DNA of 64,000 bases from an uncultured Spirochaetia bacterium (GCA_964443355.1 CAYUDX010000002.1:1227-65226), one strand, 5' to 3'. Positions 19,430 to 28,584 are shown, numbered from the stretch's first letter. Numbers and translations are program-made. The notes: generated by a model from the letters alone, not told the origin.

Positions 19430-21799
19430 CTAAACGCGCACCATGGTGAGTTCCTTTAAAACGCGGTTCCAGTCGTAATTTTCCGATACGTTGCGCGCCG
19501 CCCTCTTTTTCATCTCCAGGAATTCGATGTTGCCGGATTCGCTCATGTCGACCAGGCGCGATATTTTTTCGCGCCAGTCCCCGGGGTCGTTTGAGCGGGC
19601 GACAAGGCCGGTTACCTTATCCAGTATAATATCCTGCGGGCCTCCGGTATCGGAAACAACGCAGGGAAGGCCGCAGGATTGCGCCTCGAGCACCGACATG
19701 CCGAAGGTATCGGTGACGCTGGGAAAAACGAAAATATCGGAGCCCGAAAGCACCACCGGCAGCATCTGCTGCTGTACCTTGCCGGGGAAAAATATTCTGG
19801 GAAAACAGGCGCACCTGCGCTTGAGCTCCTTCAGATGGGGCCCGTCGCCCAAAATTATAAGGTTCAATGAAGGGTGTTTTTCAAGCAGTTCCAGATATAC
19901 ATTCGCAAGAAAATCAAGGTTTTTGTCCTTTGATATCCTGCCAGTGTAGATGAGCGACGTGCCGTCGCCTATGCCGAGAAATTCGCGCAGGAAAAGACGG
20001 CCCCCGGGCCTGTTCGAGAAAAGCCTTGAATCTATGCCTCTCCTGAAAATCGACATTTTTGAGGGTTCAAAACCGCGCGAGCGCAGTATGGAAATATATT
20101 TCTCTGAGGGGACCCGGACCTCGTCCATGGAAGAATAGAACCACCTTGTGTAGGCCTCGACAATGGAGGCTGCGGATTCGTCGTTTATGATCTCCAGGGA
20201 CTGCGACGTAAAATCGGTGTGATATATGCCGGAGCACTTTATTCCCATAAGTTTTGCGGCAAGGTATCCGGTCATGCCGACAGGGCCGGGCGTTGATATT
20301 ATTATTTCGTCCGGCTCGAAGGCGTATATTTCCTTGAGCGCCGCAAGGATCGAAGGCACCTTGATGGAATACTTTTCATAATAGGGCAGCTCGAACGAAT
20401 GAATGTAAGGCACGTTTATTATGTTGAAAGGCAGCCCCTTCGCCTCCTCGCCCGAAAGGCAGGTGACAAGCTTTATATTCTTTTTATTTATATAGGATTG
20501 CCAGCCGAGGGTTTTCAGAGTGACGGAAACACCGTTGAGGTCGTTAAGGGTGTCCGTGAACCACAGTATCCTTTTTCCTTCAGGAGCGTTCAACTCGCTG
20601 AACCTCGATGCAAAAGACATGACAACGCCGCGGTTCTCATGGATGTGCCTTATTGTCGTGAAAAACGGCGCGGCCAGGAATATCCCGGTGATGGACGAGG
20701 AGACGTTCTTGATAAGGGAGACGATATCGCCCCGGTTAAGGTCCTTTTGCAGTGATACAAGCAGATTTTTTAAGAATTCGTCGGTTATCATCGTTATCTT
20801 GTCGTAAACAATGTCAAGTTTTTCCTCCACGGGAACACCGGCGCATTCCTTAAGGTCGTCGACCAGCCCGGCCAGCAGTCCCTGCATGCCCTTTTGCGCA
20901 CCGCTGAAATATTTCGCCTTTCCGACCTTGAGCTCGTTTTTCAGCGACAGCTTTTTTTTCTCAAAAACATATTCCGTAAGCTGGCTCAAAAGGCTTCCCG
21001 AGAGCCCCGAACCTTTGCGCTTGGAAAAGTCGTAGGCTATCTTGTATATGGCGAACGCAAGCCCCTTGAAATCATTGTGCCTGCCCGCGGCAAGGGACCG
21101 CTTGTCTTTTATTGACGCCAAAAATTCCGCGGGAGACTCTCCCGGGGTTTCGGTAAAAGTTTTGCCGATGAATATGCCCGCGTGGTCGTCGGTGCCGCCG
21201 GTAAAACCCTTTACCCACGGGTCGGCGCTCATGGGTTCTATCCTGTGGCGGTCGTAGATCATGTCTATAAATCCCGGGGTGAGCCCGCCAAGGATCCTGT
21301 TCCATGTCCTGTTGCTGGCGCTGTCCCTGCTGCCGTTTATCGTCTCGAAGACGTCGAAGAGCAGGATGAATTTTTCAAGGTGCGACTCCGTCAGCTTGCC
21401 GTTGACGGAATATGTGGCGTGAGCGACCGAATAGGCAAGCCTTTTTTCCCTGATATAATCGCGCAGGTCGTATATGTCCCCGCGTATCCTGTTTATATGG
21501 CCGAATTCTTCCGGAGTAAAACCGTATATCAGTATGTGCGCCTTGCAGCCGTCTTCCGGGAAGTACGTGGTCACTTCCACCCCGGAAAATGTTTTTTCGG
21601 GATATTTCTGATTCAGGAAAAACGAACCTTCGGCCGTATTATGGTCTGTAATGGTGACGAAGTCCATTTTCTTTTCAAGAGCTTCCTTATAGATGAATTC
21701 CGGCTCCGTGTAGGACTCCGCGGCCCCCAGCCTTTGCAGGAACCATTCCGACGGGTGCATCGAGTGTTTTGAATGAACGTGCATATCGGCCCTTGTCAT
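19430..21799 (-). CDS. PHP-domain phosphoesterase / GT4 (group 1) glycosyltransferase fusion protein
   Basis: N-terminal PHP motifs (ADMHVHSKHSMH, ITDHNT, GGTDDHAG). C-terminal GT-B/GT4 motifs (GRISKDKNLDFL ... FVFPSVTDTFGMSVLEAQSCGLPCVVSDTGG); 789 aa. Confidence 0.75.
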   Translation of the reverse strand: MTRADMHVHSKHSMHPSEWFLQRLGAAESYTEPEFIYKEALEKKMDFVTITDHNTAEGSFFLNQKYPEKTFSGVEVTTYFPEDGCKAHILIYGFTPEEFGHINRIRGDIYDLRDYIREKRLAYSVAHATYSVNGKLTESHLEKFILLFDVFETINGSRDSASNRTWNRILGGLTPGFIDMIYDRHRIEPMSADPWVKGFTGGTDDHAGIFIGKTFTETPGESPAEFLASIKDKRSLAAGRHNDFKGLAFAIYKIAYDFSKRKGSGLSGSLLSQLTEYVFEKKKLSLKNELKVGKAKYFSGAQKGMQGLLAGLVDDLKECAGVPVEEKLDIVYDKITMITDEFLKNLLVSLQKDLNRGDIVSLIKNVSSSITGIFLAAPFFTTIRHIHENRGVVMSFASRFSELNAPEGKRILWFTDTLNDLNGVSVTLKTLGWQSYINKKNIKLVTCLSGEEAKGLPFNIINVPYIHSFELPYYEKYSIKVPSILAALKEIYAFEPDEIIISTPGPVGMTGYLAAKLMGIKCSGIYHTDFTSQSLEIINDESAASIVEAYTRWFYSSMDEVRVPSEKYISILRSRGFEPSKMSIFRRGIDSRLFSNRPGGRLFLREFLGIGDGTSLIYTGRISKDKNLDFLANVYLELLEKHPSLNLIILGDGPHLKELKRRCACFPRIFFPGKVQQQMLPVVLSGSDIFVFPSVTDTFGMSVLEAQSCGLPCVVSDTGGPQDIILDKVTGLVARSNDPGDWREKISRLVDMSESGNIEFLEMKKRAARNVSENYDWNRVLKELTMVRV

Positions 21800-21949
21800 G
21801 GTCAGTCTCCTTATGATTTGGTCGCTATTTCTTTCTTAATACAAGTATGCCGGGGCGGCGCCCGAATAAGCTTAAGCACAAATTAATTTTGTGTTAAACC
21901 CAGGGCGGCGGTATTAACGTAAAATTAAAAGCAAATTCACCCCGCTTTA

Positions 21950-23140
21950 ATGGGGCCGGCCTATATTCATGTCATGATAAAAAAGAGCAGCGGCGAAAAT
22001 GCCGGGAAGCTTCCCGGAGAGTTAAGGATAAATGAAGGTCTGGAACAATGGGAAAAAGAGGCGTTCCTCAGGGTCGTTTCCCCGGTGCTTTCCGGGGAAC
22101 AGGAAAAGACCATACTTACGCCCGGGCGTATTTCCGGCCTCCAGCAGGAAGTCCTGGCGGTCCACTGGCACCCGGAGCACATCCCCATGGAGCTCATAGA
22201 AAAAAGGATAAAGGCCTCGTTTCCGGACGCGCAAAACAGCCTTATAATCCCAACGCAGCACAACACCCTTATGGAGTTGAACGGTTTTGCGGGGGTTGAA
22301 ATAGACTGCTTTTCCCAGGAATTTGACAGGAAAGTGCAGCTTCTGCTGCACTTTACCGCCGACAAAGCCGCAAAAGCCGGGAAAATAAAGACCCTGGCCG
22401 GGCATACCTTCAGGTACAGGTCAAAACAGCTTTTTGACATCCTTCACGCGCTTTCAAGCGGAGATGTGAATGAACACAGGAAAAAGGCGGTCCTTGCCAC
22501 CGGCGCAGGGGAAGATACAGTGGAGTTTGTAAGGATATACGCCCTGAAACTCATGAAACTTATCGAGGCCTCGTCAGGCGCCGTAAACGAGATATTTTTG
22601 AAGAACAAGCTCATCAGGGATTATTTTGACGAACTCAAAGGCGTATACGACACGCACATCATAGATATGGCCCAGATATTCATAAAGTCGGTTAAAGAAT
22701 CGGTAAAAGCCTCTTTTTCCACCGGATATTTTTACAGGACGCAGGATGTCATATCCGAGGCAAGGGCGTGCGGAGCGGGAATCGTCGTGCCGCATCCGGA
22801 ACAGTTCTGGCCGATACTGCTTGCGGATTACGATGTTGACGGGTATGAGGTCTGGAACCCCCAGTCAAGGCAGTTCACGGAGTTCCTCATCGGGGCCGTC
22901 AAAAAGAAAAATTCGTACAGGAAATCCTCAAGCAGGCCGGTTCTCACATTTATGGGGGACGACACGCATATGGGAGAAAAGATAAGAAAAGCCGCGGTGA
23001 TGGACCTTGACAAGGCGGGCAGGGAGATCGGGATGCAGCCGGCATGGGACGACCTTGACATAAGGGAGGCGCTGAAAGCGGCGAAAGCGTCCAGGGACCA
23101 GGTTATAAACGAATACAGGCAGAGGCTCTTGCAGGCCTGA
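21950..23140 (+). CDS. Hypothetical protein with weak PHP-like metal-binding motifs
   Basis: VHWHPEH, GAGIVVPHPEQFW and MGDDTHMG resemble PHP His/Asp motifs. No clear RBS; start uncertain. Confidence 0.4.
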   Translation: MGPAYIHVMIKKSSGENAGKLPGELRINEGLEQWEKEAFLRVVSPVLSGEQEKTILTPGRISGLQQEVLAVHWHPEHIPMELIEKRIKASFPDAQNSLIIPTQHNTLMELNGFAGVEIDCFSQEFDRKVQLLLHFTADKAAKAGKIKTLAGHTFRYRSKQLFDILHALSSGDVNEHRKKAVLATGAGEDTVEFVRIYALKLMKLIEASSGAVNEIFLKNKLIRDYFDELKGVYDTHIIDMAQIFIKSVKESVKASFSTGYFYRTQDVISEARACGAGIVVPHPEQFWPILLADYDVDGYEVWNPQSRQFTEFLIGAVKKKNSYRKSSSRPVLTFMGDDTHMGEKIRKAAVMDLDKAGREIGMQPAWDDLDIREALKAAKASRDQVINEYRQRLLQA

Positions 23141-23158
23141 AAAATTTTAGGAGGTTTT

Positions 23159-23446
23159 ATGGCGTCCGCAAACGACGACTTTAAGTATGAATCGCTCCAG
23201 GACAGGCAGTCGATAGCAAAATACCTTGACGCCCTGAAGGAAGGGTTTTCAAGCGGCAAGATAGCCCTGGGAAGCAGGGAAAAGCAGATAGTTTTTGAAC
23301 CGGCCGGGCTTTTAAGGCTCGAGGTAAAGGCAAGAAGAAAAGGCGACAGGGTAAAGATCAGCCTTAAGTGCGGCTGGCGGGAAGAGAGCCAGGCGAGGGA
23401 ATCACGGGCCGAAACGCTCGTGATCGAATCCAAAAAGCAGGGGTAA
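23159..23446 (+). CDS. Small amphi-Trp-like protein, paralog 1 (95 aa)
   Basis: Aligns with the ORFs at 27122 and 27441: A.EYL..L, GK(I/V).(L/I), ..LEVKA(R/K)(R/K)K, (K/E)(I/L)S(L/W)..W. AGGAGG RBS. Confidence 0.65.
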   Translation: MASANDDFKYESLQDRQSIAKYLDALKEGFSSGKIALGSREKQIVFEPAGLLRLEVKARRKGDRVKISLKCGWREESQARESRAETLVIESKKQG

Positions 23447-23449
23447 AAA

Positions 23450-25093
23450 TTGGAATTTGTAAAAGCCGTCGAGGAAAATTTCAGATTGATGGTGCTTGAG
23501 GTCACAAAACAGCTTGAGGATACGCTCAAGCTCCTCGGCGCGTATTCAAAACAGCTGGCGGAAAAAGTGCGCAACAGGGACGATTACATAGACAGTATGA
23601 AGAACATAGTGGAAAACAAGAATTTTTCATCCGTGGCGGGCAGGGAAAAAGTCGACAAAAAAACCCTCCATAACATGTGGGCGGTAAACACAATAGTGCA
23701 CAACCTGGAACATGTCGCCGACCTTGCGGTGAACATAGCCGACCAGGCCGGATATTTTTCGGAGGCCGATTACATAAAGAAGTACGACTATCCGGAATAT
23801 TTTAAAAAAATACTGGACGCCGTGTCCCTTGTGCCGAAAGCCCTATTTTCGGGGTCCATAAACCAGGCTTTGAAAATATGCAGCGTTGAATACGAGGTCG
23901 ACGCCATGTACGCGCAGGACCTCAAACACATAATAGAAGAGATGCGGTTTTCAAGGGAGGCGGGGAACATGGTGACTTCCATATTCATCCTGCAGTGCGC
24001 CGAACGCATGGGCGACTCCATTTTAAACATGGGCGAGGCCATAATATCCCTTGTAATGGGGGAAAGGATGAAGATACGCCAGTTCCAGGCGCTCGAGAAC
24101 ACGCTCTCAACGGCCGAGGAGAAGCAGAGGATAAGCGAATTCTCGCTTGAATCGGTCGGCGACACCAGGTCGGGAAGCACCATACGCAAGGTGTTCGAGC
24201 CCGGAGGCGACCAATCGTCGTCAAAATGGGTGGTATTCAAGGAAGGCCTTACGTCAAAGCTGGCAAAGGAAAAGGAAAACATGGAAGCCTGGGAAAAAAT
24301 CGAGCAGGGCCTTCCGCCGGGGATATTCGGCTACCAGGCGAACGGAAGGACCGCCTCCATAATACTTGAATACTTAAGCGGCAGGAACATGAAAGACGTT
24401 GTGATAAACGAAAAAAGCGCTAACGTAAAGGAAGCCATGGGGCTGGTAAAATCCACCCTTGAAAGGGTCTGGACCAGGACCCTTAAAAGACAGCAGACAA
24501 AGGCCATGTATATGGAACAGCTCGCCTCGAGGATAGGCGACGTTTACAGGGTCCATCCGGATTTTTTGCACAGTGAAAGCAGGATAGGAGGCCTTGAGGT
24601 CCCGTCATTCGAAGAGATGCTGAAAACGGCCGTACAGATCGAAAAAAAGCTCGAGGCGCCGTTCTCCACGTTCATTCACGGGGATTTCAACATCGACAAT
24701 ATAATATACAACGCGGCGGAAAAAAGGATAAATTTTATCGACCTTCACAGGTCGTCCAACAACGATTACGTCCAGGACGTTTCGGTTTTCATTGTATCGA
24801 ATTTCAGGATGCCTTTTTTTGAGCCCACAGTGAGGAAAAAATTGAACTGGGTAATAAACGATTTCTACGATTTTGCCGCGGAATTCGCGCGCAAAAACGG
24901 CGACGCCACGTTCGACGCGAGGCTGGCCTTCGGCCTGATAAGGTCGTTTTTGACCTCCACAAGGTTTGAATTCAACGGGGAGTTCGCGAAAATCATGTAC
25001 CTGAGGTCGGTATATCTTACGGAAAAAATAATAGCGCACGGCGCGGGGCCCTGGGATGAATTTTACGTCCAGAAGGATATTTTCACATATTGA
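23450..25093 (+). CDS. PhoU-like domain / aminoglycoside-phosphotransferase-like kinase fusion protein
   Basis: N-terminal half contains two PhoU-like helical repeats (...HNLEHVADLAVNIADQ... / ...QCAERMGDSILNMGEAI...). C-terminal half has APH/choline-kinase-fold motifs (IHGDFNIDNIIY, INFIDLHRSS). 4-nt gap after the upstream small gene. Confidence 0.6.
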   Translation: MEFVKAVEENFRLMVLEVTKQLEDTLKLLGAYSKQLAEKVRNRDDYIDSMKNIVENKNFSSVAGREKVDKKTLHNMWAVNTIVHNLEHVADLAVNIADQAGYFSEADYIKKYDYPEYFKKILDAVSLVPKALFSGSINQALKICSVEYEVDAMYAQDLKHIIEEMRFSREAGNMVTSIFILQCAERMGDSILNMGEAIISLVMGERMKIRQFQALENTLSTAEEKQRISEFSLESVGDTRSGSTIRKVFEPGGDQSSSKWVVFKEGLTSKLAKEKENMEAWEKIEQGLPPGIFGYQANGRTASIILEYLSGRNMKDVVINEKSANVKEAMGLVKSTLERVWTRTLKRQQTKAMYMEQLASRIGDVYRVHPDFLHSESRIGGLEVPSFEEMLKTAVQIEKKLEAPFSTFIHGDFNIDNIIYNAAEKRINFIDLHRSSNNDYVQDVSVFIVSNFRMPFFEPTVRKKLNWVINDFYDFAAEFARKNGDATFDARLAFGLIRSFLTSTRFEFNGEFAKIMYLRSVYLTEKIIAHGAGPWDEFYVQKDIFTY

Positions 25094-25110
25094 TCGAAAA
25101 GGAGAAGGTC

Positions 25111-26004
25111 ATGGCGAATAAAAAGATAGGCGTTGTCGGCATAGAGGGCGCCTGGTCCACGGAAATACTTGCGGATACGATAAAAAACCGCACGGGTTTT
25201 GTGAGGATAATAGACATAGAAAAACTTTCCGTCGACCTGGACACCGGAGCCGCTGTTTTTAACGGCGAGGATATCTCGGGATATGACGCGCTTATCATAA
25301 AAAAGATAGGCAGGGATTACAGCCCGGCAATGCTGGACAGGCTTGAAATGCTCAGGTTCCTCAATGAAAGGGGGATGAAAATATTTTCAAGGCCCGACAG
25401 GATAATAAACGTGCTCAACAGGCTCACCTGCACCGTGACCCTGAAGAACGGCTCCATTCCCGTCCCTGAGACCGCCGTCACCGAAGACACCGACGAAGCC
25501 TGTGACATAGTAAAAAAATATAAAAAGGCGGTTTTTAAGCCCCTTTTCACATCCAAGGCGCGCGGAATGACCGTTATATCGGATACGGTCAACATGCACG
25601 ACGAGATAGAAAAGTACAAGAAATCCAACAGCCTGATGTACATCCAGAGGATACTGGACATAGGCGAAAGGGACCTCGGCCTCGTGTTCGTCGGCGGAGA
25701 ATACCTGGCGACTTACGCGCGCGTAAAAAACAACGACGCATGGAACACGACCACAAACAGCGGCGGAAGCTACATGATACACAACCCGTCCAAAGAGATC
25801 ATCAGGCTCGCGCAGAAAGCGCAGGACCTTTTTAAGCTGGATTTTACCTGCGTGGATATTGCGGAGACCCCGGCCGGGCCGGTCGTTTTCGAGGTATCCG
25901 CCTTCGGCGGGTTCAAGGGGGTATATGAATCAAGCGGGATCGAGGCCGCGGAAGTATATCTAAACTATGTATTAAAGGAGCTCAAAAATGGAAAAAAAAG
26001 CTGA
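25111..26004 (+). CDS. ATP-grasp ligase, RimK/glutathione-synthetase-like
   Basis: RimK-like N-terminus (KIGVVGIEGAWSTEILADTIK) and ATP-grasp core (VFKPLFTSKARGM ... GGEYLATYARV ... VDIAETPAGPVVFEVS). AAGGAG RBS precedes ATG 25111; the track start at 25090 overlaps the upstream stop. Confidence 0.7.
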   Translation: MANKKIGVVGIEGAWSTEILADTIKNRTGFVRIIDIEKLSVDLDTGAAVFNGEDISGYDALIIKKIGRDYSPAMLDRLEMLRFLNERGMKIFSRPDRIINVLNRLTCTVTLKNGSIPVPETAVTEDTDEACDIVKKYKKAVFKPLFTSKARGMTVISDTVNMHDEIEKYKKSNSLMYIQRILDIGERDLGLVFVGGEYLATYARVKNNDAWNTTTNSGGSYMIHNPSKEIIRLAQKAQDLFKLDFTCVDIAETPAGPVVFEVSAFGGFKGVYESSGIEAAEVYLNYVLKELKNGKKS

Positions 26005-27103
26005 CACTGTTAGCTGGATAGCGGCGGACCTTGCCGCTTCGCATGAACCAGACAAGACCCTTTTTCTCCAGCTGGGCGACTGCGTGATCAGGGTGCAGTC
26101 GAATTCCGCGGAGCTTATCATGAAGCTTTCGGCATACTATAAAGGTTTCATAGGCGGCAGGACCGCGGATATATGCGTGATGGCCTTCGAGATAGACGAG
26201 CCGGATTTCGGCCGTGAATTCATCAAGAAAGAGCCGGAGCCGGGCAAAACGCGCATCAAAGAGGAATATTCCGACCTTAAGGACGGAAGGATAGTCCGCA
26301 AACTTCTTACGGGCATGCATTTTGTCTTCGGAAAGGGAATTAATCTGGCCGCCGGAAAATGCGTCGAAAATTACAACCAGGTTGTGAATTTTATCAACAA
26401 CCGTTACATAGAAAGAATGCTCAAGGAAGGATGCCTGCTCCTTCATTCGGCGGGCGTGGTGCTTAAAGGAAGGGGGCTGGCCGTGGCGGGGTTTGCCGGC
26501 AAGGGAAAATCCACGCTTGCGCTTACGCTTGTCGGAAGGGGGATGAAATTCCTGAGCAACGACAGGCTCATGGTAAAAAGATCGCAGCAGGGTGTGGCGA
26601 TGTACGGCATACCCAAACTTCCCAGGATAAACCCGGGGACGGTCCTTGCGAGCCCGCTGCTGAAAAAAGTGATACCAGAGAATGAAAGGGTTGAATTCGA
26701 GAAAATCCCGGCGGAAAAGCTGTGGGAGCTGGAACACAAATACGACGTTGACATCGACGAAATTTTCGGGCCGGACAGGTTCGTGCTCACGGCCGACCTT
26801 AAGGCGCTTGTGATAATAAACTGGGACAGGGACGGCGCTGCCCCTTTCGCGTTGAAAGAAGTGAACCTCGGGGATAGGATGGACCTTGTGCGCGCGTACA
26901 TGAAAACACCGGGATTGTTCTTTGAAATGTCGGAAAACACTGCCCCGCCGGATCTTTCTGAGATGGCGTATGTAAACGCCCTCAGGAACGTAAGGATATA
27001 TGAAATAACCGGTTCGGTAAATTTTGAAGAGGCCGCGGACCAGTGCATAAGCCTGCTTGAGCAGGACAAATCCGGCAGCTTCAGTCTGAGCGCCGGAAAA
27101 TAA
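25988..27103 (+). CDS. HPr kinase/phosphorylase C-domain-like (HprK-related) kinase
   Basis: LLLHSAGVVLKGRGLAVAGFAGKGKSTLALTLVGRGMKFLSNDRLMV shows the HprK-C P-loop plus the SxD motif. 371 aa with a novel N-terminal domain; 17-nt overlap with the ATP-grasp gene. Confidence 0.65.
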   Translation: MEKKADTVSWIAADLAASHEPDKTLFLQLGDCVIRVQSNSAELIMKLSAYYKGFIGGRTADICVMAFEIDEPDFGREFIKKEPEPGKTRIKEEYSDLKDGRIVRKLLTGMHFVFGKGINLAAGKCVENYNQVVNFINNRYIERMLKEGCLLLHSAGVVLKGRGLAVAGFAGKGKSTLALTLVGRGMKFLSNDRLMVKRSQQGVAMYGIPKLPRINPGTVLASPLLKKVIPENERVEFEKIPAEKLWELEHKYDVDIDEIFGPDRFVLTADLKALVIINWDRDGAAPFALKEVNLGDRMDLVRAYMKTPGLFFEMSENTAPPDLSEMAYVNALRNVRIYEITGSVNFEEAADQCISLLEQDKSGSFSLSAGK

Positions 27104-27121
27104 AAAAGGAGGATGGACAAA

Positions 27122-27409
27122 ATGGGAAAACATGAGATCAAACTCAAAGGGAACCTTGATGCGGGAAAAGCGGCGGAGTACCTGTCGGATCTTGCCGGCA
27201 GCATGAGGAACGGCTCGATTTACATCCAGAAAGGCGGCGAGTTCGTGAATTTGAGGCCTTTTGGCAGCCTTGAATTCGAGATCGAGGCGAAGAGGAAGAA
27301 GCACAAGGAAAAAATAACCATCGAACTGTCCTGGAGCAGGAACGAGAAGGACGAAATAGAGGATGACGACCTGAAGATCGCCTCACCCGACCAGGAAAAA
27401 AAAGCGTAA
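27122..27409 (+). CDS. Small amphi-Trp-like protein, paralog 2 (95 aa), acidic C-terminal tail
   Basis: Paralogous to 23159 and 27441. AGGAGG RBS; the ATG at 27113 abuts the RBS, so the ATG at 27122 is preferred. Confidence 0.65.
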   Translation: MGKHEIKLKGNLDAGKAAEYLSDLAGSMRNGSIYIQKGGEFVNLRPFGSLEFEIEAKRKKHKEKITIELSWSRNEKDEIEDDDLKIASPDQEKKA

Positions 27410-27440
27410 AAATACGCGATAAAAAACGGAGGTTTCTGTC

Positions 27441-27743
27441 ATGGGTAAAAAAGAAGTTGAGCTGAATTCGGAAGCGACGCTGGAAAAGGCAGTTGAGTAC
27501 CTGGAAAGCATCATAGCCGGGCTGAAAAAAGGCAAAGTTTTCATACAGCAGGGCGACGAAGTGGTCGAACTGACCCCGAACAAGACGGTGTCCATTGAAG
27601 TCGAGGCAAAACAGAAAAAGCACGGGGAAAAGGTGTCGTTCAAGCTGAGCTGGAAAAAGGAATGCGCGGAGGAAGCGGAAAAAGAAGAAGAGGAAACATT
27701 CAGGATAACGTCCGCACAACCGGATGTAAAAGCGGAAAAATGA
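27441..27743 (+). CDS. Small amphi-Trp-like protein, paralog 3 (100 aa), acidic C-terminal tail
   Basis: Paralogous to 23159 and 27122. CGGAGG RBS with 8-nt spacing. Confidence 0.65.
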   Translation: MGKKEVELNSEATLEKAVEYLESIIAGLKKGKVFIQQGDEVVELTPNKTVSIEVEAKQKKHGEKVSFKLSWKKECAEEAEKEEEETFRITSAQPDVKAEK

Positions 27744-27825
27744 ATATGGCAGCCGCCCTTCGGACTTTTACCCGGAGGGCCGCAATTATATGCAGAAAAA
27801 TAAGACCGAAATCCGCACCGGCATA

Positions 27826-27877
27826 TTAACCCAATCTTAATAATTTTTTGGTAATAATTTAATAAATTCTGTATAAT
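27826..27877 (+). promoter_or_regulatory. Pho-box-like array: 11-bp periodic hexamer direct repeats (TTAACC/TTAATA/TTGGTA/TTAATA/TGTATA) running into a TATAAT -10
   Basis: Hexamers at 27826, 27837, 27848, 27859 and 27870; TATAAT at 27872-27877, just upstream of the response-regulator gene. Confidence 0.5.
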
Positions 27878-27906
27878 ATGTGTATCAAAAAAGGCGGTTA
27901 TTAAAA

Positions 27907-28584
27907 ATGGAAAAATTGATCGCAATAGTCGACGATGAGGACGACATACGCGAACTCGTGTCGATAAATCTGAAAAAGGCCGGTTTTAAGACCAAGGAAT
28001 ATTCCGACGCGGACTCGCTCATAAAATCACTTTCAAAATCCCTGCCCGACCTCATCATTCTCGACATAATGATGCCCGGCACCGACGGCATCGAGACCGT
28101 CAAGATATTAAAAAGGGACGACAGGTATTCCATGATCCCGGTCATACTGCTTACGGCAAAGAGCGACGAGCCTGAAAAAGTGGTCGGCCTCGAGATCGGC
28201 GCGGACGATTACGTCACAAAGCCATTTTCGCCCAGGGAGCTTGCGGCCAGGGTAAAGGCCGTATTAAGGCGCAGGGAAAATATCCGGGAGACGTCGGAAA
28301 TCGTCGAGATAGGACCGGTCACGATAGACATGGACAAGCACGAGGTCGCCGTCAGGGGAAAAAAAGTCGAGCTCACAGCGACTGAATTCAACATTCTGCA
28401 CATACTCGCCCTTAAAAAGGAGCGCGTGCTTTCGCGCGAACAGATACTGGACAACCTGTGGGGAAGCGAAAAAACCGTGGTCGACCGCACGATAGACGTT
28501 CACATAAAACATTTGCGCACAAAACTCGGGCCTGCCGGGAAAATGATAAGGAACATCCGCGGCGTGGGGTATAAAATCGAATAA
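27907..28584 (+). CDS. OmpR-family response regulator, PhoB/PhoP-like
   Basis: Receiver domain (IAIVDDEDDIRELV ... LIILDIMMPGTDG) plus a winged-helix output domain; upstream of a PhoR-like kinase and the pst operon. Confidence 0.8.
   Translation: MEKLIAIVDDEDDIRELVSINLKKAGFKTKEYSDADSLIKSLSKSLPDLIILDIMMPGTDGIETVKILKRDDRYSMIPVILLTAKSDEPEKVVGLEIGADDYVTKPFSPRELAARVKAVLRRRENIRETSEIVEIGPVTIDMDKHEVAVRGKKVELTATEFNILHILALKKERVLSREQILDNLWGSEKTVVDRTIDVHIKHLRTKLGPAGKMIRNIRGVGYKIE

Noticed and set aside
21950-23140. CofD-like member of the ATP-grasp/kinase system
   Set aside because: No CofD/YvcK-type glycine-rich N-terminal motif is present. The protein looks more like a degenerate PHP-type protein, and a 19-nt gap plus a separate RBS separate it from the operon.
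25982-27304. 440-aa minus-strand ORF spanning the ATP-grasp/HprK-like genes
   Set aside because: It is antisense to two + strand genes that have clear catalytic motifs (Walker A, ATP-grasp). Its R/F/H/P-rich composition is typical of GC-rich antisense frames. It has no RBS.
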